13,427 nt of DNA from Candidatus Sumerlaeia bacterium (lineage in GTDB: Bacteria > Sumerlaeota > Sumerlaeia > SLMS01), in the NCBI GenBank assembly GCA_038208905.1, contig JBBQYG010000110.1, positions 1 to 13,427 on the forward strand, in the 5' to 3' direction. The position numbers were made by a program, and so were the translations under genes. The notes under the pieces were generated by a model, which ran no database searches, was not told the DNA's origin, and saw only the letters and a program-made list of their open reading frames with translations. Positions 1 to 7,728 of this stretch are shown here, in pieces. Within the stretch, counting starts at the first letter, position 1; every line of letters starts with the position of its first letter.

Positions 1-2
1 CG

Positions 3-1793
3 CGGACGCCGATGGGCGCGCGCCTGCTGCGGTCCTGGGTGCTGGAGCCGCTGCGCCACCGCGAGCCGATCGAGGCGCGGCTGGACGCGGTGGAGGAATT
101 TGTGGAGGCGATGGCGCTGCGCAACTCCATCGCGGAGCAGCTCAAGGGGATGCGCGACCTCGAGCGCATCGTCTCGCGCGCGGCGGTCGGCACCGCGGGG
201 CCGCGCGAATTGGCAGTGCTCAGGACGGGGCTTCAGCGGCTCCCCCCGCTCCGCGCGATCGTGAACGGCGCGCGATGCTCGATGCTCCGCAACATCGGCG
301 CCGGGATTGACCTGTTGGCGGGGCTGCGCGACCTGCTGGAGCGCGGCCTCTCCGAGGAGCCACCCGCCAACGCCCGCGACGGCGGCGCGATCCGCGACGC
401 ATACAACGCGGATCTGGACGAATTGCTGGCGGTGGCGCGGGGCGGGAAGGACTTCATCGCGCGGCTCCGCCAGGAGGAGGCCGACCGCACTGGAATCGCG
501 GGACTCAAGATCGGCTACAACAAGGTCTTTGGCTACTTCATCGAACTCACGCAGGCGCAGCTCCGCCAACTTCCCGGCGGCGTTCCCGAGGACTATATCC
601 GCAAGCAGACGCTCGCCAACGCCGAGCGATACATCACGCCGTCGCTGAAGGAGAAGGAGGAGCTGGTCCTGACGGCGGAGACGCGCATCGGCGATCTGGA
701 GGCGGCACTCTTTGCGAGCATCCGATCCGCCGTGGCCGACGCGGCGCCGGGGATTCTCTCCAACGCGCGGCGGCTGGCGGAGCTGGATTGCCTGCTGTCG
801 CTGGCGGAGGTCGCGCTCGCGCAGGGCTACGTCCGCCCGTCGCTCAACGACCGCGGCGCCATCGAGATCGAGGAGGGCCGCCACCCCGTGCTCGAAGCCA
901 TCCAGCGAGATCCGCCGTTCGTGGCCAACGATACGCTGCTGGACCCAACCGGCTGCCAGGTGGCGCTGATCACGGGGCCCAACATGGCGGGCAAGTCCAC
1001 GTATATACGCCAGGTGGCGCTGATCGTCCTGATGGCCCACATGGGCGGCTTCGTTCCCGCCCGGCGCGCCGACATCGCCCTGCGCGACCGCATCTTCACG
1101 CGCGTGGGGGCGATGGACCATTTGGCACGTGGTCAGTCCACGTTCCTGGTGGAGATGACGGAGCTGGCGAACATACTGCGCCACGCGACCAATGATTCAT
1201 TGGTGATTCTGGACGAAATCGGGCGCGGCACCTCGACCTACGACGGGCTCGCCATCGCGTGGTCCGTCTGCGAATTCGTCCACAACGTGCGCGGCCGCCG
1301 CCCGCTCGCGCTTTTTGCCACGCACTATCACGAGTTGACCGACCTGGAATCGGCTCTCCCCCGCCTGCGCAATTTCAGCGTGGCGGTGGAAGAGACCGGC
1401 GACCGCATCGTGTTCCTGTATCGGATCATCCGCGGGCGCGCGAATCGCAGCTACGGCATCCACGCCGCGGAACTGGCGGGCGTGCCGCCGCTGGCGGTGC
1501 TGCGCGCGAAAGAGATCCTCAATGGCCTGGAGGCCGGGGAGCCTGTAGCGCCCCGCGTCGCCACCGGGGATGCCGAGGCGGAAATCGCGGAGGGCGAGCG
1601 CCCCACGCCGCGCAAGGGCGCACGACTTCTCCCCGTGGCGGAGCCGTGGGAGAGCCAACAGCTCACGCTCTTCGACGCCCCGCGCGTCCACCCGGCGGTC
1701 GAGCGGCTCCGCCTCGTCGATCCCAACCGCCTGACACCGATTGAGGCGCTGGCGCTATTGGCTGAACTCCGTCGCGAAGTGGATCAGGGTTAG
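3..1793 (+). CDS. mutS: DNA mismatch repair protein MutS (MutS1), 5'-truncated by the window edge
   Basis: The frame is open from the window start and reads RTPMGARLLRSW, the internal MutS core motif, so the ATG at 12 is not the true start. Other motifs: LKIGYNKVFGYFIE and YIRKQTLANAERY (clamp/lever), Walker A GPNMAGKST, DRIFTRVGA, STFLVEM, Walker B LVILDEIGRGTST, FATHYHEL, SYGIHAAELAG, beta-clamp motif QLTLF, and C-terminal DPNRLTPIEALALL. Confidence 0.98.
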   Translation, partial: RTPMGARLLRSWVLEPLRHREPIEARLDAVEEFVEAMALRNSIAEQLKGMRDLERIVSRAAVGTAGPRELAVLRTGLQRLPPLRAIVNGARCSMLRNIGAGIDLLAGLRDLLERGLSEEPPANARDGGAIRDAYNADLDELLAVARGGKDFIARLRQEEADRTGIAGLKIGYNKVFGYFIELTQAQLRQLPGGVPEDYIRKQTLANAERYITPSLKEKEELVLTAETRIGDLEAALFASIRSAVADAAPGILSNARRLAELDCLLSLAEVALAQGYVRPSLNDRGAIEIEEGRHPVLEAIQRDPPFVANDTLLDPTGCQVALITGPNMAGKSTYIRQVALIVLMAHMGGFVPARRADIALRDRIFTRVGAMDHLARGQSTFLVEMTELANILRHATNDSLVILDEIGRGTSTYDGLAIAWSVCEFVHNVRGRRPLALFATHYHELTDLESALPRLRNFSVAVEETGDRIVFLYRIIRGRANRSYGIHAAELAGVPPLAVLRAKEILNGLEAGEPVAPRVATGDAEAEIAEGERPTPRKGARLLPVAEPWESQQLTLFDAPRVHPAVERLRLVDPNRLTPIEALALLAELRREVDQG

Positions 1794-3503
1794 CTCGGAG
1801 TTGGAGGGCGGGCGCGCGTCGTTGAGTTCCCTCAGCAGGTCCTCCGCAAATTCCTTCTGCTGGTCGTCGCCGATATCGCGAAGCGATTCCAGCAGCGGCC
1901 GGGCCGCCTCGCCACAGGAGCGCAGGTAGTCACTCGCCGCCATCCCGTTTCTCGCCACCTCGTCGTCTCGCAAGTGCTCCGCCATCGCCGCCATCGCCTC
2001 GGGATGTGCCGCGTGGGCGAATGATTCATCCGACTGCACAAGGCGATCGGCGCATTCGCTGATGAGTTGCCAATCGCCGAGCTCCACCCCCACGTTTAAC
2101 CCCGCGCGCAGGGCATCGACGCCGGCAGATCCAAGGGAGTCCAACAGATCGCGCGCCCCGGCGGCATTGCCTCCGTAGTCGTCGTTGGCCAGGTTGGACA
2201 CGGCGGCCTCCGCCACGGCGTCGACCGACGTTTCCCGAGTGCTTCTGAGAAGCACGTTTGCCAGAGTGAGTTGGCTGTAGGGAATCGTCGTTCGCTCCAG
2301 CCCCGCGGCAATGATCGAAAGCAGCCGCTGGCGCTCTGGATCGGTCAACAACCGCCCATTGGGAAATACTCGCTCGATCGGCGCGCGCAGGCTTCCTTCT
2401 GCTTCCCAAAGGAGCGACTCGATTCGTTCTCCAGGGGCCATATGTGGATCGACAAGAGCCGTGGTGAGTCTCGTTGGATAGTATCCCCAGTAGGAGACTT
2501 CGCACCCCGCCAGGATGGCCTCCTCCATGCGCGGGTCATAGAGCGACGTCGGCTCCCGAATAATAAGCAACAGCAACGCGTGCTGCCGATCCCGCTCGCT
2601 CCCCATCCGCGAGGCCAGTATCTCGCGGTACTGCTTCGTGGGCGCGGGATTGGCAACCTCGAGTAGAAACCACGCGTGGTGCCGCGCTGCTTCGCCGATC
2701 TCAGCGGTATCGCCGAGCATCCACCCGCGCGATCCGGGGGCCCAGAAGACCGCAGCATCCAAGACGGCGTCGGACTCGGCGCGGGTCATTGCATCGAGGC
2801 CCGTCGCAGGCCATGTCTCGTCGCTGCGCCAGCCTTGCAGGGCATACCACCAACTGAGCGACCGCTTGGAGAACTGCTCAGGATCGGAGAGGGCATACAC
2901 GAGGAGCAGGTTGGCGACAAAGACCCCCTCCTGGCTCGCGGCGTTGCCTGCGCGCCGAAGCGCAGACCAGCGCGAGACGAGTTCGGGGAGGAAGCGGCGC
3001 GGGTCCTCCTGCATGCCAACAAGGTATATCTCTGCCGCGTCGAAGGCATTGTTGGGCACGTCGTCGGGCCGAAATTGATCTATCAGGTGATTCGGGAGGA
3101 CGGACTCCCCGCGAAACACGGCTGGGTTCACCATCGATTCCATCAACGGGCGCCCACCCCAGCGGCGATTCCCTGTCGAGAGCCCCTCAATGGCCTCCTC
3201 TCGCAGTTCCGTGAACCGCGCCCCTCCAATCAGCGGCGTGGTGGGCGAGTCACACGATGCGAGCCAGGCCCCCATCGCTCGGGATCCGCTTCCCGTGTGC
3301 ATCGACTTCCGCATCATTGTAAGCGTCTCGCTGGTGGGCCCCGCCTCGCGGAGCGTTCTGGACCACTGGAGGCTCTCGCGCCATGACGCGCGCAGTTCCG
3401 GGAATCGCCAAGCGGACTCGGGATCAACCTCGGCGGCGGAGCAAAGTGCATGGAGGGACAGCATCAGCACCACCAGGAGGTGGCGAGCGCGAGTGGAGAG
3501 CAT
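1755..3503 (-). CDS. Secreted hypothetical protein (582 aa) with probable HEAT-like helical repeats
   Basis: Long ORF filling the gap between mutS and the dps terminator. Signal-peptide-like N-terminus MLSTRARHLLVVLMLSLHALCSA-AE. Recurring motif xx-DD/DE-xxx-N-[AG]-xx-A-xxx-L. The last 39 nt overlap the mutS 3' end. Confidence 0.75.
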   Translation of the reverse strand: MLSTRARHLLVVLMLSLHALCSAAEVDPESAWRFPELRASWRESLQWSRTLREAGPTSETLTMMRKSMHTGSGSRAMGAWLASCDSPTTPLIGGARFTELREEAIEGLSTGNRRWGGRPLMESMVNPAVFRGESVLPNHLIDQFRPDDVPNNAFDAAEIYLVGMQEDPRRFLPELVSRWSALRRAGNAASQEGVFVANLLLVYALSDPEQFSKRSLSWWYALQGWRSDETWPATGLDAMTRAESDAVLDAAVFWAPGSRGWMLGDTAEIGEAARHHAWFLLEVANPAPTKQYREILASRMGSERDRQHALLLLIIREPTSLYDPRMEEAILAGCEVSYWGYYPTRLTTALVDPHMAPGERIESLLWEAEGSLRAPIERVFPNGRLLTDPERQRLLSIIAAGLERTTIPYSQLTLANVLLRSTRETSVDAVAEAAVSNLANDDYGGNAAGARDLLDSLGSAGVDALRAGLNVGVELGDWQLISECADRLVQSDESFAHAAHPEAMAAMAEHLRDDEVARNGMAASDYLRSCGEAARPLLESLRDIGDDQQKEFAEDLLRELNDARPPSNSELTLIHFATEFSQ

Positions 3504-3599
3504 GGGAGGGGATTCCGTCGAGAGGGCAGCGATGCGACCAACATCGCGATGCCAAACCCGCCGGGCAGAACACCGTCAAGTTGAATGCGGAGGGATTGC

Positions 3600-3639
3600 A
3601 AAAAACAATGCGCGGAGAAAAGGCCATCTCTCCGCGCAT
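3600..3639 (-). terminator. Rho-independent terminator after dps
   Basis: On the minus strand, an 11-bp inverted repeat ATGCGCGGAGA...TCTCCGCGCAT (3608-3639) is followed by TGTTTTTT, about 30 nt after the dps stop codon. Confidence 0.88.
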
Positions 3640-3669
3640 CGCGATCTACAAGGCCTGGTCGGCCGTCAA

Positions 3670-4194
3670 TCAAGCCAGCGGCAGCAGGGTGTCCTTGCCG
3701 AGGAAGTGCTCAAGGTGGTGGGCGCGATTCTCAACGGCGAGGAGGATCGGCTCCAAAACGGCCTTCGTTCCGAAATCGCCGTGGCCGTTGGCGATGGCAA
3801 TCACGCGGCGGATGTTGCGCGCGATGATGCCCTCCGCCCCCATGTCCGCCACAAGGCATTCGCGGATCGGGAAAACTCCTTCGGACTCGTGGGTGATGTG
3901 GGAAATCTTGGATTGGTTGACCGGATTGCTGGTGGGAATGCCGCCCAGAAGCGTGATGCGCTCCGCTATCGCATCCACCTCGTTGTGGACCGCCGTGTAG
4001 TTCTCGGCGAGAAAGAGGTGCAGATCGCGGAACTGGGGTCCCTCCACCAGCCAGTGGTGCTTCTGGTACTGGTGAAAGATGACGAACTGGGAGGCCACGA
4101 GGGCGTCGAGTTCGGGTATGAGTTCCTGCACTACCTTGTCGGGCAATCCGACCGGGTTCGAGTCGATATCGTGGTGGTCGCGCAGCTTGTTCAT
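3670..4194 (-). CDS. dps: Dps / ferritin-like DNA starvation/stationary-phase protection protein
   Basis: Dps signatures KHHWLVEGPQFRDLHLFL and EVDAIAERITLLGGIP (ferroxidase-centre His, His, Asp, Glu) and GDFGT. Length 174 aa. Shine-Dalgarno AAAGGAG 9 nt upstream of the ATG. Confidence 0.93.
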   Translation of the reverse strand: MNKLRDHHDIDSNPVGLPDKVVQELIPELDALVASQFVIFHQYQKHHWLVEGPQFRDLHLFLAENYTAVHNEVDAIAERITLLGGIPTSNPVNQSKISHITHESEGVFPIRECLVADMGAEGIIARNIRRVIAIANGHGDFGTKAVLEPILLAVENRAHHLEHFLGKDTLLPLA

Positions 4195-4248
4195 GGGTGC
4201 TTACTCCTTTGCGCCCATCCCACGCAGACTCCGTGCCCGACGGGAAGA

Positions 4249-5034
4249 CTATTCCAGATCCTCGGGGCGTGGACGCGGCAGTTCCTTGGATGGCGCGAGC
4301 GGCGAAACGGAGAACTCCCCACTGAAGTCGGGCCGAAGGAAGATGCTGCTGAGAGACTCCTGGGGGAGCGGCGTCTGGTTGGGAGAAGACTCGAAGATAC
4401 GCTTGCCGGAGTATGGGTCCACGGGCTCGGGGCTCTGGCCGGAGCCGAAATCAAGCGTGGAGTCCACCAAGCCGGCCTGCTCGTGCTGGGATTCATCCGG
4501 GCGGGGCGCCGCCTCGCGCGGGCTGGGCATGACCTCCGCGCGCAGGATCGAATCGGAGCGCACGAAAAGCGTCTTGGACCGCGTGTGCAGCGTCAGGTAG
4601 CGGGTTCCCTCGTTGAGCGCGTCCATCAGGTTGCGCTTCGTCTTGGGGGTGAAATCGTAGAACCAGAGGGCGCCCTGAATACGGCGACCCGTGCGAAGCG
4701 TCAGGAGCACGCGGGCGTAGGACGCCACGTGGAAGGCGCTGCGGCTGACGGTCTCGCGGCTCATCTCGGGATGCAGCGACAGGAGTTCCTCCTCCTCCTC
4801 GCGCGTCAGTTCGAAAACGATGCACTCGTGAAGCGGCAAAAGCATCTCCGCGCCGCCGGTGATGCGGATGGGGAAGAACTCGCCGCGCCGCTTGTTGACG
4901 AAGCCCTCGAGCAAGTCCACAGGGGCCTCCCACGAATGGGAGGGAAGCGGGAAAAGCGTGACGGGGAGCTTGCGATCCGAGGAGAGCAGGATCGTGCACT
5001 TCAGTTCGAGCGGCTGATTGGGGATCTGTTGCAT
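4249..5034 (-). CDS. Hypothetical cytoplasmic protein with two internally repeated small beta-rich domains (DUF6812-like) and a disordered Pro/Ser-rich tail
   Basis: Start revised to ATG 5034 (MQQIPNQPLE) because the upstream extension in the ORF track is low-complexity. The two halves align: CTILLSSDRKLPVTLF...LLEGFVNKRRGEFFPI and VLLTLRTGRRIQGALW...LMDALNEGTRYLTL. The family name is from recalled pattern only. Confidence 0.75.
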   Translation of the reverse strand: MQQIPNQPLELKCTILLSSDRKLPVTLFPLPSHSWEAPVDLLEGFVNKRRGEFFPIRITGGAEMLLPLHECIVFELTREEEEELLSLHPEMSRETVSRSAFHVASYARVLLTLRTGRRIQGALWFYDFTPKTKRNLMDALNEGTRYLTLHTRSKTLFVRSDSILRAEVMPSPREAAPRPDESQHEQAGLVDSTLDFGSGQSPEPVDPYSGKRIFESSPNQTPLPQESLSSIFLRPDFSGEFSVSPLAPSKELPRPRPEDLE

Positions 5035-5252
5035 GGTGTCGTCAGGAAAGCTCCGGTGGGATTGACGTTCCGCGAGTGGGGCAGGCGGAGAACCGAAATC
5101 TCCGGCACGCCTCGACGACCGACCCCCGGGCTCGACGGGGTCTGCCCGGCGGGGGCGGTTAGGAACCAGCCGACTCAAAGGCTGGGAGGAGGGGGTGGAA
5201 TCGACAAGCACAATCTCCCGGGGGAGGCAAAAACCCCTGAAACTGGCCGACA

Positions 5253-5268
5253 AGTGAGACATTGCACA
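5253..5268. promoter_or_regulatory. Possible CRP/FNR-family binding box
   Basis: AGTGA-GACATT-GCACA matches TGTGA-N6-TCACA at 8 of 10 positions, in the ~300-nt spacer upstream of the hypothetical-dps pair. Confidence 0.3.
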
Positions 5269-5331
5269 TCGGGGAAACCCCCATGTGGGGCGACGATTCC
5301 CCCCACAACACCTGCCGGAAGTGACTCAGTC

Positions 5332-7410
5332 CTACTCTTCGACGAGTCGCACCTGCATGTATCCCGCCGCGTCGATTCGCGCCGATCCAAAGAACCCGGC
5401 GCTGGCGCGATCGACCGCGCTGAACTGCTGGCGCCCGATCAGGTGGTCCAGCACGTCGCGTGAACCAACCTCGCTGCGGACCCCGGTGCGGAACTCGAAA
5501 ATTTGGGGTGCGCCCAGCGTCACGATGCCGTCCTCTGCGACAACGGTCCACAGGTAGTCCGTCAGGCTGTTCAAATTCCGTCCGACCTGCGAGAAATCGA
5601 CAGAATTTTGGGGCGCATTCACGACCAGGTCGGGAAGGATGATCCCGCCCTTGATCGCGATGCGAAGCCGGTAGGTCTTGGCACCCGGCGACGGAGACCA
5701 AGTGAAGGTTGGCTGTGTCGAAAGCTCGGTTGTCAGATTCACGGGCGAGACAATGCCGAACTGGCCAAGGGTGGTGACGGTGAAGGGCTGCCAGTCGCCA
5801 TAGCTATACTGGCTCGCGAGGCCATCGGTGGCGCGCACGCGCCAGAAGTACCGGCCGCCAGGCGTCAAGTCGGGAAAGAGGCTGACCCAGGTGGTTTCGA
5901 TGAGTGCGGGGCTGACCCGACGCCCGGCGAGCACGGGCTCGCCATCGGCGCCGCGCACGGCCAATTCGACTGTATAGACAGTGGCGGTGGGAGTCGATTC
6001 CCACATAAAGGTGGGTCGGACGGGGACGCCGGGGGAACCGCTTGCGGGAGAAAGCAGATCGAACGGCGCCAACTGAGTCGTGCGGAACTCCTGGAACCCA
6101 CCCACGGAACTGATCACTTCCAGGACGTTGCCGTTCGCGTCGGCGCGCTGTGCGGTGACGTTCCAGCGATAGAGCTCGTTCCATCGCAGCGGTTTTGACG
6201 CGGGGATCGGGTAGGTCATCACGCCCTCGGACTGTTCGATGCGATCCTGAAACAGACGCCGCCAACCGAACTCTGTAAATCGCTCGATGAACAGAATATA
6301 GTAGGTGGCGCCGCCGGAGACCTGCCAGCGGAACTCCGGCAGGAGCGCGATCCGCGTGGAATCGGCCGTGGGGCTGATCAACTGGAAACTGGTCAATCCG
6401 GGAATCGAGAAGGGCACGGGCCCTTCCTGATTGAGGCGCGACGCGGCGGACGGCTCGCCGAAGGCGCGGACGCTGACGAAGTAGCTCCTGCCCGCGACGA
6501 GCGGCGGATCGGCCCATGTGTACTCGGTGGCGGTCAGTGCGGGAACTTCGCGGATCGGCGCGCTGCCGGGGTTCCCGCCCTCGTTCGGAAGCACGAACAG
6601 CGTATAGTTCCGGGCGCCCGTCGATGTCGTCCAGTCGATCGTTGGCCTACCCGTCGTCAACTGGTTGGCGATCGGGGAAACGATGGAGAACGCCCCCAGC
6701 GTCGGCGCGGCCCTGATCGTGAAGCGCCGCGGGCCATCGGTGTTGACGCGCGACCCCACAAGGTTCCTAGCAGTGACCGTGGCCTGGTAGGTGTTCCCCT
6801 TGATGAAGGAGGCGTTGGGAATGATGATGCTGGTGTTGGACAGTCCGTTGAAGTTTAGCCTGGCGGGAGAAACGGGGACGCCGTTGATGAACTCGAATAT
6901 CCCCACATCGTAGGTGTCGGCCCCCACCGAGAAGCTCCACGAGAGATTCACCGCGTCGGGGACTTCCTCCCCCTGAATCGGAGTGAAGATATTGAACGGC
7001 TCCGGGATGGATTGGACCTTCACGGAGAGAGTACGCTCGTCGAGCTTGATCTGCAGCGGCAGATCTTCGCCAAAGAGCTCGATCGAGATATTGAAATCGC
7101 CCGACGTGGGAGCGGTGACGAAGAACTGGAACACCCGCGTGGCGTCATTGGGAATAAACACGCTCGCTGGGACGAACGATTCCACCGTCCATCCCACGGG
7201 CTGCTCCTTGATTCGCAGGAACATGTTGGACGGGATGCCATCGTTCTTCACGCTCACGGTCATGGCAGTACGCTTGCCGCGTTCGAGGAGGGCCGGAGCG
7301 AAGGAGACGATGGAGGCGTCGAGACCAAAGCCGAAGCCCGCCGTGGCGCGCGGCGCGGCGGCCGGGATCAGGAACAGTGCAAATAGAATGGCGACGATCA
7401 GGCGATTCAC
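5332..7410 (-). CDS. Large secreted/surface protein: signal peptide, Ig-like domain, five FN3-like repeats, degenerate dockerin-like C-terminus
   Basis: GTG start with SD GGGAG. Signal peptide MNRLIVAILFALFLIPAAAPRATA. Five ~100-aa units each begin F-x-[IL]-x-[ST]-P and contain W...A-xx-Y (PFNIFTP, AFSIVSP, SFQLISP, PFDLLSP, QFGIVSP), followed by Y-x-[WVA]-x-V-x-A strands typical of FN3 folds. Confidence 0.88.
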   Translation of the reverse strand: MNRLIVAILFALFLIPAAAPRATAGFGFGLDASIVSFAPALLERGKRTAMTVSVKNDGIPSNMFLRIKEQPVGWTVESFVPASVFIPNDATRVFQFFVTAPTSGDFNISIELFGEDLPLQIKLDERTLSVKVQSIPEPFNIFTPIQGEEVPDAVNLSWSFSVGADTYDVGIFEFINGVPVSPARLNFNGLSNTSIIIPNASFIKGNTYQATVTARNLVGSRVNTDGPRRFTIRAAPTLGAFSIVSPIANQLTTGRPTIDWTTSTGARNYTLFVLPNEGGNPGSAPIREVPALTATEYTWADPPLVAGRSYFVSVRAFGEPSAASRLNQEGPVPFSIPGLTSFQLISPTADSTRIALLPEFRWQVSGGATYYILFIERFTEFGWRRLFQDRIEQSEGVMTYPIPASKPLRWNELYRWNVTAQRADANGNVLEVISSVGGFQEFRTTQLAPFDLLSPASGSPGVPVRPTFMWESTPTATVYTVELAVRGADGEPVLAGRRVSPALIETTWVSLFPDLTPGGRYFWRVRATDGLASQYSYGDWQPFTVTTLGQFGIVSPVNLTTELSTQPTFTWSPSPGAKTYRLRIAIKGGIILPDLVVNAPQNSVDFSQVGRNLNSLTDYLWTVVAEDGIVTLGAPQIFEFRTGVRSEVGSRDVLDHLIGRQQFSAVDRASAGFFGSARIDAAGYMQVRLVEE

Positions 7411-7422
7411 TGGGTGGACTCC

Positions 7423-7716
7423 CTATTCATCCGTGTCTTTGTCCCCGGCGGACTGCCGGGCGAGCGCCTGAACTCGGGCGCGCTCGATTTGCTGCTCCGG
7501 GGTGAGGCCAAGCGGCTGATCCTCTCCCCCGACGCCCTTCTTTCGCCTGACTTCGCGTTCGGCTTCCAGCAGAATATCCTCCATCGAGCGCCCATCCGCG
7601 TCGCGGCGGCCCTTGCGGCCTCCAAAATACCTGACAAGGACGTACCCCACGACAAGCATGAGGCCCAGCACGATGAAGGAGAAATACTTGATCAGGGGAC
7701 TTTCGGGGCCATCCAT
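7423..7716 (-). CDS. Small single-pass membrane protein (97 aa), hypothetical
   Basis: Hydrophobic helix YFSFIVLGLMLVVGYVLV followed by a basic patch RYFGGRKGRR (positive-inside rule) and a charged helical tail. The ORF sits between its neighbours with a 12-nt gap on each side. Confidence 0.8.
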   Translation of the reverse strand: MDGPESPLIKYFSFIVLGLMLVVGYVLVRYFGGRKGRRDADGRSMEDILLEAEREVRRKKGVGGEDQPLGLTPEQQIERARVQALARQSAGDKDTDE

Positions 7717-7728
7717 CGCGTTGCCGTC

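Noticed and set aside
4195..4251. TAG readthrough or recoding fusing the hypothetical to dps (same frame)
   Set aside because: An in-frame TAA lies in the spacer, dps has its own SD, and MutS ends at TAG at its canonical position.
5225..5255. GGCAAA...GAAA resembling a c-di-GMP-I riboswitch
   Set aside because: The flanks of GAAA do not pair, the downstream GCAAAGC-type element is absent, and it lies on the strand opposite the downstream genes.
5035..5262. N-terminal extension of the 337-aa ORF
   Set aside because: Low-complexity Pro/Arg/Ser sequence overlapping a hairpin-rich spacer; domain-like sequence begins at ATG 5034.
3190..5463. 757-aa plus-strand ORF
   Set aside because: Shadow ORF. 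dps, the 4249 gene and the 5332 gene share one codon register, so their exact antisense frame stays open because TTA, CTA and TCA codons are rare at high GC. It has no recognisable motifs and crosses a terminator.
7423..7716. Small protein as a double-glycine bacteriocin precursor for the C39-like peptidase
   Set aside because: The GG follows a TM helix and lacks the LSxxELxxIxGG leader consensus, and there is no ABC exporter in the window.
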